Below, one piece after another: positions 17,571 through 26,275 of a stretch of DNA of 64,000 bases. The position numbers and the translations under genes were made by a program. This stretch comes from a virus (taxonomy: Duplodnaviria > Caudoviricetes), in the IMG/VR virus record IMGVR_UViG_3300049212_000062, positions 34 to 64,033 of that record, one strand, 5' to 3'. The notes below the pieces were generated by a model. That model did no database searches and was not told the origin of the DNA. It saw only the letters and a program-made list of their open reading frames with translations. Position 1 is the stretch's first letter; each line of letters opens with the position of its first letter.

Positions 17571-18080
17571 ATGGCCGCCTTACCTGAAGACTTCCGCGTG
17601 CAGTCTCTTGAGGAGATTGACCCGCACACGCTGGGCAAGCAACCCGGGCCGTTTGACGCCCCGCCGCGCGAGGAGTGGCCTACGTACGAACTAAGCGGCG
17701 AGCGTTGGGACCTGGACAACCCGCCGACCCGACTCCCGCACGAAACCTATCGCATGTGGCTAAGTCGTCTGTACGCGCACTCTTTGTTCTGGGCCAACGA
17801 GGACACCAAACAACAAAAGCAGACCCCGGCATCCGACCGCCCACGCGGCAGGCCCAGCCAATACCCGACGCTTCCGGGGGAGCCGGCGGCGGAGCGCACC
17901 AAGCGGCTGAATCGCGAAGCGCAAGCGCGCTGGCGTGCGACGCACAAGCCGGGCAAGAAAGCCACGTACACACCGGAGCTGCGCGCTGTATACGACGAAT
18001 GGGTGGCGGTGCGCGACCAAATCAACGCCCTCACGATTCGTGCTACGGAGTTGAAGGCGCGACTTGACAACGGGGCGTAA
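17571..18080 (+). CDS. Hypothetical DNA-binding protein (AT-hook-like RPRGRP plus basic helix)
   Basis: Probable ATG at 17571; RPRGRPS and RTKRLNREAQARWRA. Confidence 0.6.
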   Translation: MAALPEDFRVQSLEEIDPHTLGKQPGPFDAPPREEWPTYELSGERWDLDNPPTRLPHETYRMWLSRLYAHSLFWANEDTKQQKQTPASDRPRGRPSQYPTLPGEPAAERTKRLNREAQARWRATHKPGKKATYTPELRAVYDEWVAVRDQINALTIRATELKARLDNGA

Positions 18081-18089
18081 ACACCCGTT

Positions 18090-18118
18090 TTGCGACGTAA
18101 GCGGGCCGCGTGTACACT
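18090..18118 (+). promoter_or_regulatory. Promoter TTGCGA-N17-TACACT
   Basis: Upstream of the HTH/primase operon. Confidence 0.65.
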
Positions 18119-18150
18119 GGCCCCGCCACCACCTGCCAACCCCCTAAATC

Positions 18151-18432
18151 ATGCACCCTGCCACGCCACCGGACAGCGAAACCGCGCAACAGCGGTTTGA
18201 CAGGCTGTACATCGCCAGCAGCGAAATCTGTCGCGAACTGGGTGTCACCCGCACCACGGTACTCGCTGCCCGGCGCAGGGGGTTACTGCCTGAGCCCATT
18301 GCGGTGAATGGCTGCACCCTGTACATCTGGGAGCGCCACGTTGCTCGGCCGTTTATCGACGCGTGGAAGGTCATCCTCAACACCCGTCGCAACCACTACG
18401 CCGCACAGCAGGCCGCAGCAGTACCCGCATGA
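18151..18432 (+). CDS. AlpA/excisionase-like winged-HTH DNA-binding protein
   Basis: SEICRELGVTRTTV...RGLLPEPI...YIW. Confidence 0.75.
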   Translation: MHPATPPDSETAQQRFDRLYIASSEICRELGVTRTTVLAARRRGLLPEPIAVNGCTLYIWERHVARPFIDAWKVILNTRRNHYAAQQAAAVPA

Positions 18433-20846
18433 CCACACAGGCGCCCGCGTGGGATCGCCTGCCTGTGGAACTTCGCCAGCGCCCTCAGTGGCTGTTGGCA
18501 GGGCCCAATGAGCTCGGCGAACTCAAAGTCCCAACCACCGTCACGCTGGACGGTAGGCCAGCCCCTGGCAGCCACAGCGACCCGGGCACATGGCTTGACT
18601 ACGACTACGCGGCGCAGTGCGCCCGGGAGTTCGGCTACGGCTTGGGCTACGTGCTGTCCGCGGACGACCCGTTCACCTGCGTCGACCTGGACATCAAGAA
18701 CCAGCACAACGCACCTAACAACCCAGAGTTGTGGACGCCGGCTGACCGCATTGAAACCATGCGGTACATTGCCGAGGAGCTGGACAGCTATACCGAGCTG
18801 TCGCAAAGCGGCCAGGGCGTGCACGTATGGTGCTACGGGGATATCGGCGAAGGCGTCAAGCGCAAGGGCGTTGAGGTCTACAGCAAGTTGCGCTTCATTG
18901 CCTGCACGGGCAAGACGATTCACGCGCCACCCAAACCCATCGCAGAGCGCCAGGAGGGCCTCGGCGTGTTGGTTGCCAGTATGCGCGCGGCGCAGGAGGC
19001 ACAGCGCGGGCACTTGCAGGACAACGAAGACGAGCTGACCGACGACGAAGTTTGGCGGCGTGGCAGCACGGCGGACAACGCAGAGAAGTTTATCAAACTC
19101 TGCGAGGGCAAGTGGCAAGAGCTGGGCTACCCGAGCCAGTCCGAAGCCGACCTGTCGCTCATGTCCATGTTCACCTTCTACAGCCGCAGCAACGAGCAAT
19201 GCCGCCGGCTGTTCCGGCATACGGCGCTGGGGCAGAGAGAGAAGGCAACGAAGAACGACCGTTACCTTGACTACACGCTGCGGTTGATCCGCGGTAGGCA
19301 GGCGAAGGAAGAAGCCGCTGTGCAGGCCCTGGCAGCCCAGGGGCAGGCCCTGCTGTCAAGGCTGGCCCAAGCCCAGCAGGCCGCCCAGGGCGCGCCACAG
19401 CCCGCCGCAGGCCCCGTGCCGGGCAATGTGCGGGCTGTGGCGCTGGACTATGTGGCGGAGCTACAGGCGCAGACGCCGGCACCGCCCATGCCACCCCGGC
19501 CACCCGAGCCACCGGCTGGCGGTATCGACTGGCCGCCGGGGCTGGTGGGAGACATCGCCCGCTTCGTCTACAACGCCGCGCCGAGGCCCGTCAAGGAGGT
19601 TGCCATCGTTGCGGCGTTGGGCTGGATGGCAGGGGTGTGCGGCAAGGTCTGGGTGATCCCCGGCAGCGGCCTCAATATGTACATCATCCTTGTCGCCCGC
19701 AGCGGTGTCGGCAAGGAGGCTATGCATGGCGGGCTAGGTGCACTGACACACCGATTGCGCGAAGGCGTACCACTGGCCGGGCAGTTCGTTGACTTCAACG
19801 ACTTTGCCTCCGGCCCTGCCCTTGCCAAAGCCTGCGCCAACAACAGCAGCTTCGTCAACGTTGCGGGCGAGTTCGGTCGCAAGCTGCAACGCCTTGCCAA
19901 CAACGTCGGCGACGGGCCCATGCAGAGCCTGCGCACGGTGATGACAAACCTGTACCAGAAGTCAGGACCGGCCAGCATCGCCGGCGGTATCACCTACAGC
20001 GCCAAAGACAGCAGCGTCGCCGCCGTGTCCGGTGTGGCCTACAGCATGATCGGCGAAACCACGCCCGATACGCTGTACGCCAGTCTGACGGAAAGCATGA
20101 TGGAAGACGGTTTCTTGAGCCGCTTCACCATCATCGAATACACCGGTACACGGCCACGCAGCAACCCGTTCCCTAATCTTATCCCGTCACCCGACCTTGT
20201 GCAGCGTTGCCAGAACTTATGCCACACGGCTGCCGCAGCTATCGGTAACCACACCCGACATTACCTGCAACGCACGCAGGGCGCAGCAGCGGTCATGGAC
20301 GCCTTTGACGCTGAGTGCGACGCACAAATCAACGGCAGCGAAGACGAGTCGGTGCGGCAAATGTGGAACCGGGCTCACCTGAAGATGGTGCGAATGGCTG
20401 GGCTGCTGTGCATAGGGGAAGACCCACAGAACCCGACCATTGACGTGCATCACTGCACCTGGGCCCTAGACGTCGTGCGGCGCGACATTGCGCTTATGCA
20501 GCGGCGCATGGAAGCTGGGGACGTGGGCCAGGGCGACAACAGCCGGGACAAGAAGCTTCTGCATATTATCCACGAGTTCCTCACGCAGCCCCTGGGCCCG
20601 AGCTACGGCGTGCCCGCCGTCATGCAGCGTGACGCAGTGGTGCCCCGCAAATACCTGCAGATGCGTGTCAGCCGCGTCGCCAGTTTCAACCAGCACCCGC
20701 TCGGCGCAAAGCGTGCCCTGGACGACGCTATTCAAAGTTGTTGTGACAGCGGCTACATCGTTGAAATGGACAAGAACAAGGCGGGTGAGCAATACACCTT
20801 CATGGGTCGCTGCTATCGCGTAGTGAACCTCCCTAAGTTCAGCTAG
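18429..20846 (+). CDS. Primase-polymerase (AEP, NrS-1-like) fused to a DUF3987-like helicase domain
   Basis: LPVELRQRPQW, CVDLD, YTELSQSGQGVH, EVYS..RF and SQSEADL, then ARSGVGKE and DGFLSRF. Confidence 0.88.
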   Translation: MTTQAPAWDRLPVELRQRPQWLLAGPNELGELKVPTTVTLDGRPAPGSHSDPGTWLDYDYAAQCAREFGYGLGYVLSADDPFTCVDLDIKNQHNAPNNPELWTPADRIETMRYIAEELDSYTELSQSGQGVHVWCYGDIGEGVKRKGVEVYSKLRFIACTGKTIHAPPKPIAERQEGLGVLVASMRAAQEAQRGHLQDNEDELTDDEVWRRGSTADNAEKFIKLCEGKWQELGYPSQSEADLSLMSMFTFYSRSNEQCRRLFRHTALGQREKATKNDRYLDYTLRLIRGRQAKEEAAVQALAAQGQALLSRLAQAQQAAQGAPQPAAGPVPGNVRAVALDYVAELQAQTPAPPMPPRPPEPPAGGIDWPPGLVGDIARFVYNAAPRPVKEVAIVAALGWMAGVCGKVWVIPGSGLNMYIILVARSGVGKEAMHGGLGALTHRLREGVPLAGQFVDFNDFASGPALAKACANNSSFVNVAGEFGRKLQRLANNVGDGPMQSLRTVMTNLYQKSGPASIAGGITYSAKDSSVAAVSGVAYSMIGETTPDTLYASLTESMMEDGFLSRFTIIEYTGTRPRSNPFPNLIPSPDLVQRCQNLCHTAAAAIGNHTRHYLQRTQGAAAVMDAFDAECDAQINGSEDESVRQMWNRAHLKMVRMAGLLCIGEDPQNPTIDVHHCTWALDVVRRDIALMQRRMEAGDVGQGDNSRDKKLLHIIHEFLTQPLGPSYGVPAVMQRDAVVPRKYLQMRVSRVASFNQHPLGAKRALDDAIQSCCDSGYIVEMDKNKAGEQYTFMGRCYRVVNLPKFS

Positions 20847-20872
20847 CTACTCAACGCCCGTACCGTTAAGCT

Positions 20873-21130
20873 AACGCTCATGCACTCGCGCCTCGCCTCC
20901 TACCTCGCCCGCGCTACCCGCTTTGTAGCCGCGTGGTGTGCTGTGGATGTCGCGTGGTGTATCACCCCAGCTTCTGCTCGCCTCGACCGGCCACGCGGCG
21001 CTGAGGGTTCTTGCCGGGCCCCCATGCCGCACAGGCGGCCGCGAGGCGCGAGGGACCGATCCGAAAGGCCGATGGGCATGGTGCCGCCCTAGCACCGGTA
21101 TTGCCGCATATACCGAACTATGCATGAGCG
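20873..21130 (+). ncRNA. Candidate structured ncRNA (about 255 nt)
   Basis: Perfect helices 20875-20884/21121-21130 (10 bp), 20885-20896/21041-21052 (12 bp) and 20928-20936/20991-20999 (9 bp); crossing 7-bp helix; possible promoter TTCAGC-N17-TACCGT at 20838-20866. Confidence 0.6.
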
Positions 21131-21221
21131 ACGCACGAGGGTTAGAGCGGGGTGGTGTACACCATGCAGGGCGCCAGCCCCGCTCACCCGAAACACAACA
21201 TGCCTACAGAGGGGCAACACC

Positions 21222-21944
21222 GTGAACCCGAGCCAACACCACATTTTCATCGACAGCCGCTTTGCGGCGCACCTCGCAGACAACGCCGTGGCCGTGCGCG
21301 ACAAGCGCGCCGACGGCAGCCTGCCCGACTACCCGCTGTTCGTGGACCGCCTGTTCAAGGAACTGTTGCAGGTCAACGCAGCCACCATGATCGAGGCGAT
21401 CAACCGCATGGCGCACGACACCGCGCTGTGCCCCGACGGCAAGCTGAACCCCGCCATGGTCACCGATATGGTCACCATGCTGGCCGGGCAGAACCCCAAC
21501 GGCAGCGCCATGCACGCGGCGATCGGTTGCGCGGGCGAAGGCGGCGAGCTGCTGGACTGCGTGAAGAAGGTGTTCATCTACGGTAAGGACTGGTGCGTGC
21601 CCGATGCGAAGACCGGGCAGACGGCGCTGGAGAACCTGCTGGAGGAGCTCGGCGACTTCAGGTTCTATTACCAGAAGCTTCTGAACATGCTGGGCATCAG
21701 CGACGAGGACGTGCAAGCCGCCAACTTCGTCAAGCTCAGCAAGCGCTATGCCTCCGGCCACTACACCGACGCGCAAGCCCTGGGCCGCGCCGACAAGGCG
21801 CACGAGCCGCAATTCATCGGCGACAAGTCCGGCGGCCCCGCCAGCGTGCCGCGCAACGTGCTGGGCCGTCGCAAGGACGACCACGACACCAGCGGCGAAG
21901 CCAACGACGAGCACGGCCCCGAGGGTCACCACAACCTCGGCTGA
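21222..21944 (+). CDS. MazG-like nucleotide pyrophosphohydrolase
   Basis: GTG start; HAAIGCAGEGGELLDCVKK...LEELGD...N..KL.KRY. Confidence 0.85.
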   Translation: MNPSQHHIFIDSRFAAHLADNAVAVRDKRADGSLPDYPLFVDRLFKELLQVNAATMIEAINRMAHDTALCPDGKLNPAMVTDMVTMLAGQNPNGSAMHAAIGCAGEGGELLDCVKKVFIYGKDWCVPDAKTGQTALENLLEELGDFRFYYQKLLNMLGISDEDVQAANFVKLSKRYASGHYTDAQALGRADKAHEPQFIGDKSGGPASVPRNVLGRRKDDHDTSGEANDEHGPEGHHNLG

Positions 21945-21995
21945 CCACACCAGCACAACACGCCGGGCCGGGGTGCCCGGCCGCAAGGACACGCC

Positions 21996-22523
21996 ATGGC
22001 ACTCACTGCCGAACAGACCGCCAAGCTCGCCGAGTGGCAAGCCGCCCTCACCGAGCTGGCCGCCTGCAAGCCCATCATCGAACGCGAGCGCGAGCTGCGC
22101 AAAGAGGCGTTCGCCCTGCTGTTCCCCGACCCCAAAGAGGGCACCAATACGGTGGAGCTGGCGAACGGCTGGGTGTGCAAAGGCACTTACCCCATCGAGC
22201 GCAAGGTTGACGCCGCACTGGTGCAACAACTGCGCGGCCTCAAGGTCATTGACCTGTCGCCGGAGCTGCTGCAAAAGCTTTCCATTGACCCGGCCGCCTG
22301 CGGCAGCGGTGCAAGCGTGCTGGAAGTGCTGCGGTTCAACGTGGACGAGGTGCTGAACTACGAGCCGAAGCTTGTGGTCAAGCCCTATCGCCAGCTCACA
22401 GCAGAGCAAACCCTGCTGTTCGACCGGTGCCTCGACAGCAAGCCCGGCAGCATCAGCATGGAAATCACCCAACCCAAGCGCGCCCCCAAGGTGGGCGACA
22501 AAGCCGAGGGCTTCACTTCATGA
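21996..22523 (+). CDS. Conserved phage hypothetical protein
   Basis: AAGGA RBS; FPDPKEGTNTVELANG. Confidence 0.75.
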   Translation: MALTAEQTAKLAEWQAALTELAACKPIIERERELRKEAFALLFPDPKEGTNTVELANGWVCKGTYPIERKVDAALVQQLRGLKVIDLSPELLQKLSIDPAACGSGASVLEVLRFNVDEVLNYEPKLVVKPYRQLTAEQTLLFDRCLDSKPGSISMEITQPKRAPKVGDKAEGFTS

Positions 22524-23473
22524 ACAGCATCAAGGTACTGGACCACGGCTTCGTCACCCTGCGCAACCTTGCCGGGCCGACGCGGCGCGTGCACAACGGC
22601 CCGGCAGACTTGCAAGGGAACGACTTCTTGGAAGCCATGCTCGACGGCCCGCGCCCGTTCGACGCCGACGACGCTGACCCCGCCAACGCCGCGCGCATCA
22701 GCTTCGGCAACCTGGACAGCGACGTCGTCACGCTGCGCGACGGCAGCACCCGCCCGCGCACGCGGCAAGACGACTACAACCTGAACCGCTACCTGCTGGC
22801 GAACGAGCACGCCAGCCCGTTCGAAATGATCCAGGTGTGGATCGAGTGGAAGGTGCCCATTTTTGTGGACCGCCAGTTCGTGCGCCACGGCACCATTCGG
22901 CGCAACGAAGAAAGCGCACGGTACACTCAGCTCCCGGCCGAGTGGTACATCCCCGAGGTGGTTGGCGGCAAGGCCAAGGACAAGAAGCAAGGGCAGGCAG
23001 ATAACCTGCCTGCCGACGTGCAGCAGTTGTTCAAGGACTCGCTGGATCTTGCCTGTCGCAATGATTACGACAGGTACACGCAGTTCCTTGCCGCTGGTGT
23101 TGCCGCCGAACATGCCCGCATGTTCCTGCACGTGAACCATTACGTGCACTACATCACGACGGTGAACCTGCGCAACCTCATGCACTTCCTGCGCCTGCGC
23201 ACGCACGAGCACGCACAGATCGAAGCCCGTGTCTACGCAGAGGCGATCGTGGAGCTGGTGCGCCCGCACTTGCCGCAGCTCATGGCACTGTTCGACGAAC
23301 TGGTGCGTATCAAGCCGGCCATGACGCAGGAAGAGGCGGTGGAACTGGCGCGGTCAGTTGCCGCCAAGCACAACACGGCCCACGGCTACCTCGCCGACAG
23401 CGCAACAGACCCGAACTGGCTGCCGCACGAGTGGGTCGTCGACGCCATCTTGGCCGCTGCCAGCCGGCGCTGA
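22520..23473 (+). CDS. thyX: Flavin-dependent thymidylate synthase
   Basis: KVLDHGFV, AARISF, HASPFE, RHGTIRRNEESARY and NLRNLMHFLRLR...HAQ.E motifs. Confidence 0.93.
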   Translation: MNSIKVLDHGFVTLRNLAGPTRRVHNGPADLQGNDFLEAMLDGPRPFDADDADPANAARISFGNLDSDVVTLRDGSTRPRTRQDDYNLNRYLLANEHASPFEMIQVWIEWKVPIFVDRQFVRHGTIRRNEESARYTQLPAEWYIPEVVGGKAKDKKQGQADNLPADVQQLFKDSLDLACRNDYDRYTQFLAAGVAAEHARMFLHVNHYVHYITTVNLRNLMHFLRLRTHEHAQIEARVYAEAIVELVRPHLPQLMALFDELVRIKPAMTQEEAVELARSVAAKHNTAHGYLADSATDPNWLPHEWVVDAILAAASRR

Positions 23474-23475
23474 AC

Positions 23476-23736
23476 ATGGACAAGGCGCCCGACCCGGTAT
23501 CCTGCGCGGCTGGCTGCAAGCGCACGGCGCAGGACCCTGAAAAAGCGGGTTGGTCCTGCCTGCAGATCACGTCGGGCCGGTGGCGCTGTGGCGACTGCGA
23601 GCGCGAGCTGTGGCAGGCCCGCAATATGCCGGGCACCGAGGCCAGCTACACGCCGGACACGCTGCCACCCGATTCTATTGGCGCGCTGAAGAAGCTTCCA
23701 GAGCCGCTGCCATTGCACGAGAAAGTGAAGCCATGA
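23476..23736 (+). CDS. Small Cys-containing hypothetical protein
   Basis: CAAGC...WRCGDC. Confidence 0.55.
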   Translation: MDKAPDPVSCAAGCKRTAQDPEKAGWSCLQITSGRWRCGDCERELWQARNMPGTEASYTPDTLPPDSIGALKKLPEPLPLHEKVKP

Positions 23737-24083
23737 GCAACAACCTTCCCCGCCGTGGGCCCCGTGTGATGAACGGCGCTGCGGCCCTGTTCGCGCAGAG
23801 CCGCGACCTGTCTTCCTTGGCTGCCGCGACCAGCGTGTCGCCGCCCAGCAGCCCCATGCGGCGCACCATGGGCCCAGACCCTGAGGCGTTCCTGCGGGGC
23901 GCCGTGGCGCTGCATCAGGTGGCCTGCGTGCAGAAAGCGCTAACCACACTGGCGGAGCAGTGCGCCAAGCTGCCACAGGACCACATGGCGCGGGAGATCG
24001 GCGAGCAGATGATCCAGTTCCTGCGCGACGTGATCGCAAACGCCGAGGTCATCCCCGAGGAGAAGCCCAGTGACGGCCGGTAA
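23733..24083 (+). CDS. Hypothetical protein
   Basis: ATGA start-stop overlap in the operon. Confidence 0.55.
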   Translation: MSNNLPRRGPRVMNGAAALFAQSRDLSSLAAATSVSPPSSPMRRTMGPDPEAFLRGAVALHQVACVQKALTTLAEQCAKLPQDHMAREIGEQMIQFLRDVIANAEVIPEEKPSDGR

Positions 24084-24984
24084 GGTTCGGCCCATGCTGG
24101 CCTGCCCCTCGCCAAGCGAAGGGCTAGAGTTCCCGCTGTTCGCCAGCGCCAAGCTTGACGGCGTGCGCTGCCTCATTGGCGGTGCCAAGGCCATGAGCCG
24201 GCAGATGGAGGCGATACCTAACGCCTACGTCCAGCGCATGCTGGGCCACGCCTTGCTGGACGGCCTAGACGGCGAGCTGTGCGTCGGCCCGCCCTACAGC
24301 CCCACCCTGTTCCAAGACACGCAGTCGGGCGTCATGCGCCATGCCGGCGAGCCGGACTTCGTGTTCCACGTGTTCGACTTCTGGACCAACCCGGAGATGC
24401 CGTTCCACGAGCGCTACAAGCGCTTGTTTGACGCCCTGGCGACCGAGCCCTACAGCACCCACCCGCGTCTGCAACTGGTTGAGCAGGTGCCGGTGAAAGA
24501 CATGGACCAGTTGGTGCTCATGGAGGAAGACTATCTGGAGCGCGGCTACGAAGGTCTGATCCTGCGCAGCGTCGACGGCCCGTACAAATACGGGCGCAGC
24601 ACGGCGAAGCAAGGGTACATGATGAAGCTGAAGAAGTTCAGCACCGGCGAGGCCGTGGTGATCGGCTTCAAAGAGCTGTACGTCAACGAAAACGAGCTGG
24701 AGGAGAGTGCGCTCGGCCTTGCCAAACGCAGCAGCGCGAAGGAAGGCCTCGTGGCCGGCGGGGTGCTTGGCGCCCTGCTGGTTCGCGATTGCGTCAGCGG
24801 CGTGGAGTTCGGCATTGGCAGCGGATTCACCGCCGAGCAGCGCGCCACGTTCTGGAACCACCGCAACGAGATCCAGGGCAGCATTGTGAAGTACAAACAC
24901 TTCGAGATCGGTGTCAAGGACGCCCCGCGCTTCCCCACCTTCCTCGGCTGGCGCGACCCGCGCGACATGGGAGAACCGCAATGA
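24070..24984 (+). CDS. lig: ATP-dependent DNA ligase
   Basis: KLDGVRC, LDGEL, FHVFD, EGLILR, YKYGRS, KLKKF and GSGF motifs. Confidence 0.95.
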   Translation: MTAGKVRPMLACPSPSEGLEFPLFASAKLDGVRCLIGGAKAMSRQMEAIPNAYVQRMLGHALLDGLDGELCVGPPYSPTLFQDTQSGVMRHAGEPDFVFHVFDFWTNPEMPFHERYKRLFDALATEPYSTHPRLQLVEQVPVKDMDQLVLMEEDYLERGYEGLILRSVDGPYKYGRSTAKQGYMMKLKKFSTGEAVVIGFKELYVNENELEESALGLAKRSSAKEGLVAGGVLGALLVRDCVSGVEFGIGSGFTAEQRATFWNHRNEIQGSIVKYKHFEIGVKDAPRFPTFLGWRDPRDMGEPQ

Positions 24985-25283
24985 CGCTGCCTTACCAACC
25001 GTGGCACCCCATGACCGAGCCACGCGACCTGAAGACGTTGGGCAAGCTGGGCGAAGAGCTCGGCGAGACCAGCGCGGCGGTCAGCCGCTGCGTGATCCAG
25101 GGCATCGACGAATGTGAACCCGTCACCGGCAAGCCGAACAGGCAATGGCTGACGGAAGAGCTGGCCGACCTGTTGCTCAACGCCGACTTGGTGATCGAAC
25201 GTTTCGGGCTCGACCGCGATGCGATTGCGGCCCGCATGGCGCACAAGCGCCCACTCCTTGAAGGCTGGCACGCCGAGGCATGA
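24981..25283 (+). CDS. Small MazG-like protein
   Basis: KLGEELGE...LTEELADL ExxE pattern. Confidence 0.7.
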   Translation: MTLPYQPWHPMTEPRDLKTLGKLGEELGETSAAVSRCVIQGIDECEPVTGKPNRQWLTEELADLLLNADLVIERFGLDRDAIAARMAHKRPLLEGWHAEA

Positions 25284-25284
25284 C

Positions 25285-25548
25285 ATGAACCTGCGCCTAC
25301 CCACCATCACCACACAAGCGGCCACGCCGCCGCGTGTGCTGCACACCATGACGAACGCCGAGCTGGTGAACATCGCCGAGGGCGTGTTTCCCAACCCGAC
25401 GCCGATCATTGCCCTGATGATGCACCGGCTGATTGCCGGCAACAGGGCTGATCCAGACTTCATTCAACCCGAACCGGTGCAGCACGCGCTACACTGTCCT
25501 TGCTGCGGCACACAGTTGCAGATCGAAATCCAAGACACGGAAGCCTGA
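25285..25548 (+). CDS. Hypothetical protein with C-terminal Zn ribbon
   Basis: CPCCG near the C-terminus. Confidence 0.55.
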   Translation: MNLRLPTITTQAATPPRVLHTMTNAELVNIAEGVFPNPTPIIALMMHRLIAGNRADPDFIQPEPVQHALHCPCCGTQLQIEIQDTEA

Positions 25549-26270
25549 TGCAATTCACAACCACTTCGCAGGTCAGCGCCAACAACGGCGTCAAGGTCCT
25601 GGTATACGGCGGCCCCGGCATGGGCAAGACCACGCTTACGGCCACGCTGGGCCCGGACACGGTGCTGATCAGCGCGGAGAGCGGCCTGCTGTCGCTGCGC
25701 CGGGCGAACCTGGAGCGGTTGTACGGCGTCAACACGCCGGGCATCAACTACGACATCCCGGTCATGCAGGTCAGCAATGTCAACGACTTCAACGAAGCGT
25801 TGCAGTTCTTGCAGCACGACCAGCGCGGGCGCACGTTCCGCAACGTGGCGCTGGACAGCATTTCAGAGATCGCCGAGGTGATCCTGAACAACGCCAAGCG
25901 GCTTGTCAAAGACCCGCGCCAAGCCTACGGCGAGCTGACCGAGAAGATGGAGTCGCTGGTGCGCACGTACCGCGACCTGCCGGGCCGCAACGTGTACATG
26001 AGCGCCAAGATGGGCCCCATGAAGGACGAGATGTCCGGTGTGGTGAAGTACATGGCAATGATGCCGGGCCAGCGTCTGGGCCCCGCCCTGCCATACTTCT
26101 TCGACGAAGTGTTCCCGCTGCGCGTGCAGAAGTCTGCGCAGGGGCAAGAGTATCGGTTCCTGCAAACGCAGCCCGATTTGCAATACGATGCCAAAGATCG
26201 CTCGGGTGCGTTGGCGTCGGTTGAAGAGCCGCACCTGGGTAAAGTGTTCGCCAAAATCCAAGGAGCTTAA
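25548..26270 (+). CDS. Sak4-like AAA ATPase (ssDNA-annealing recombinase)
   Basis: YGGPGMGKT, SAESGLLSL, LDSISE, PYFFDEV and AKDRSG motifs; adjacent to the SSB gene. Confidence 0.88.
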   Translation: MQFTTTSQVSANNGVKVLVYGGPGMGKTTLTATLGPDTVLISAESGLLSLRRANLERLYGVNTPGINYDIPVMQVSNVNDFNEALQFLQHDQRGRTFRNVALDSISEIAEVILNNAKRLVKDPRQAYGELTEKMESLVRTYRDLPGRNVYMSAKMGPMKDEMSGVVKYMAMMPGQRLGPALPYFFDEVFPLRVQKSAQGQEYRFLQTQPDLQYDAKDRSGALASVEEPHLGKVFAKIQGA

Positions 26271-26275
26271 CGGCC

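Noticed and set aside
18151-18432. Excisionase implying a temperate lifestyle
   Set aside because: No integrase, repressor or partition genes were recognised; more likely a replication or transcription wHTH protein.
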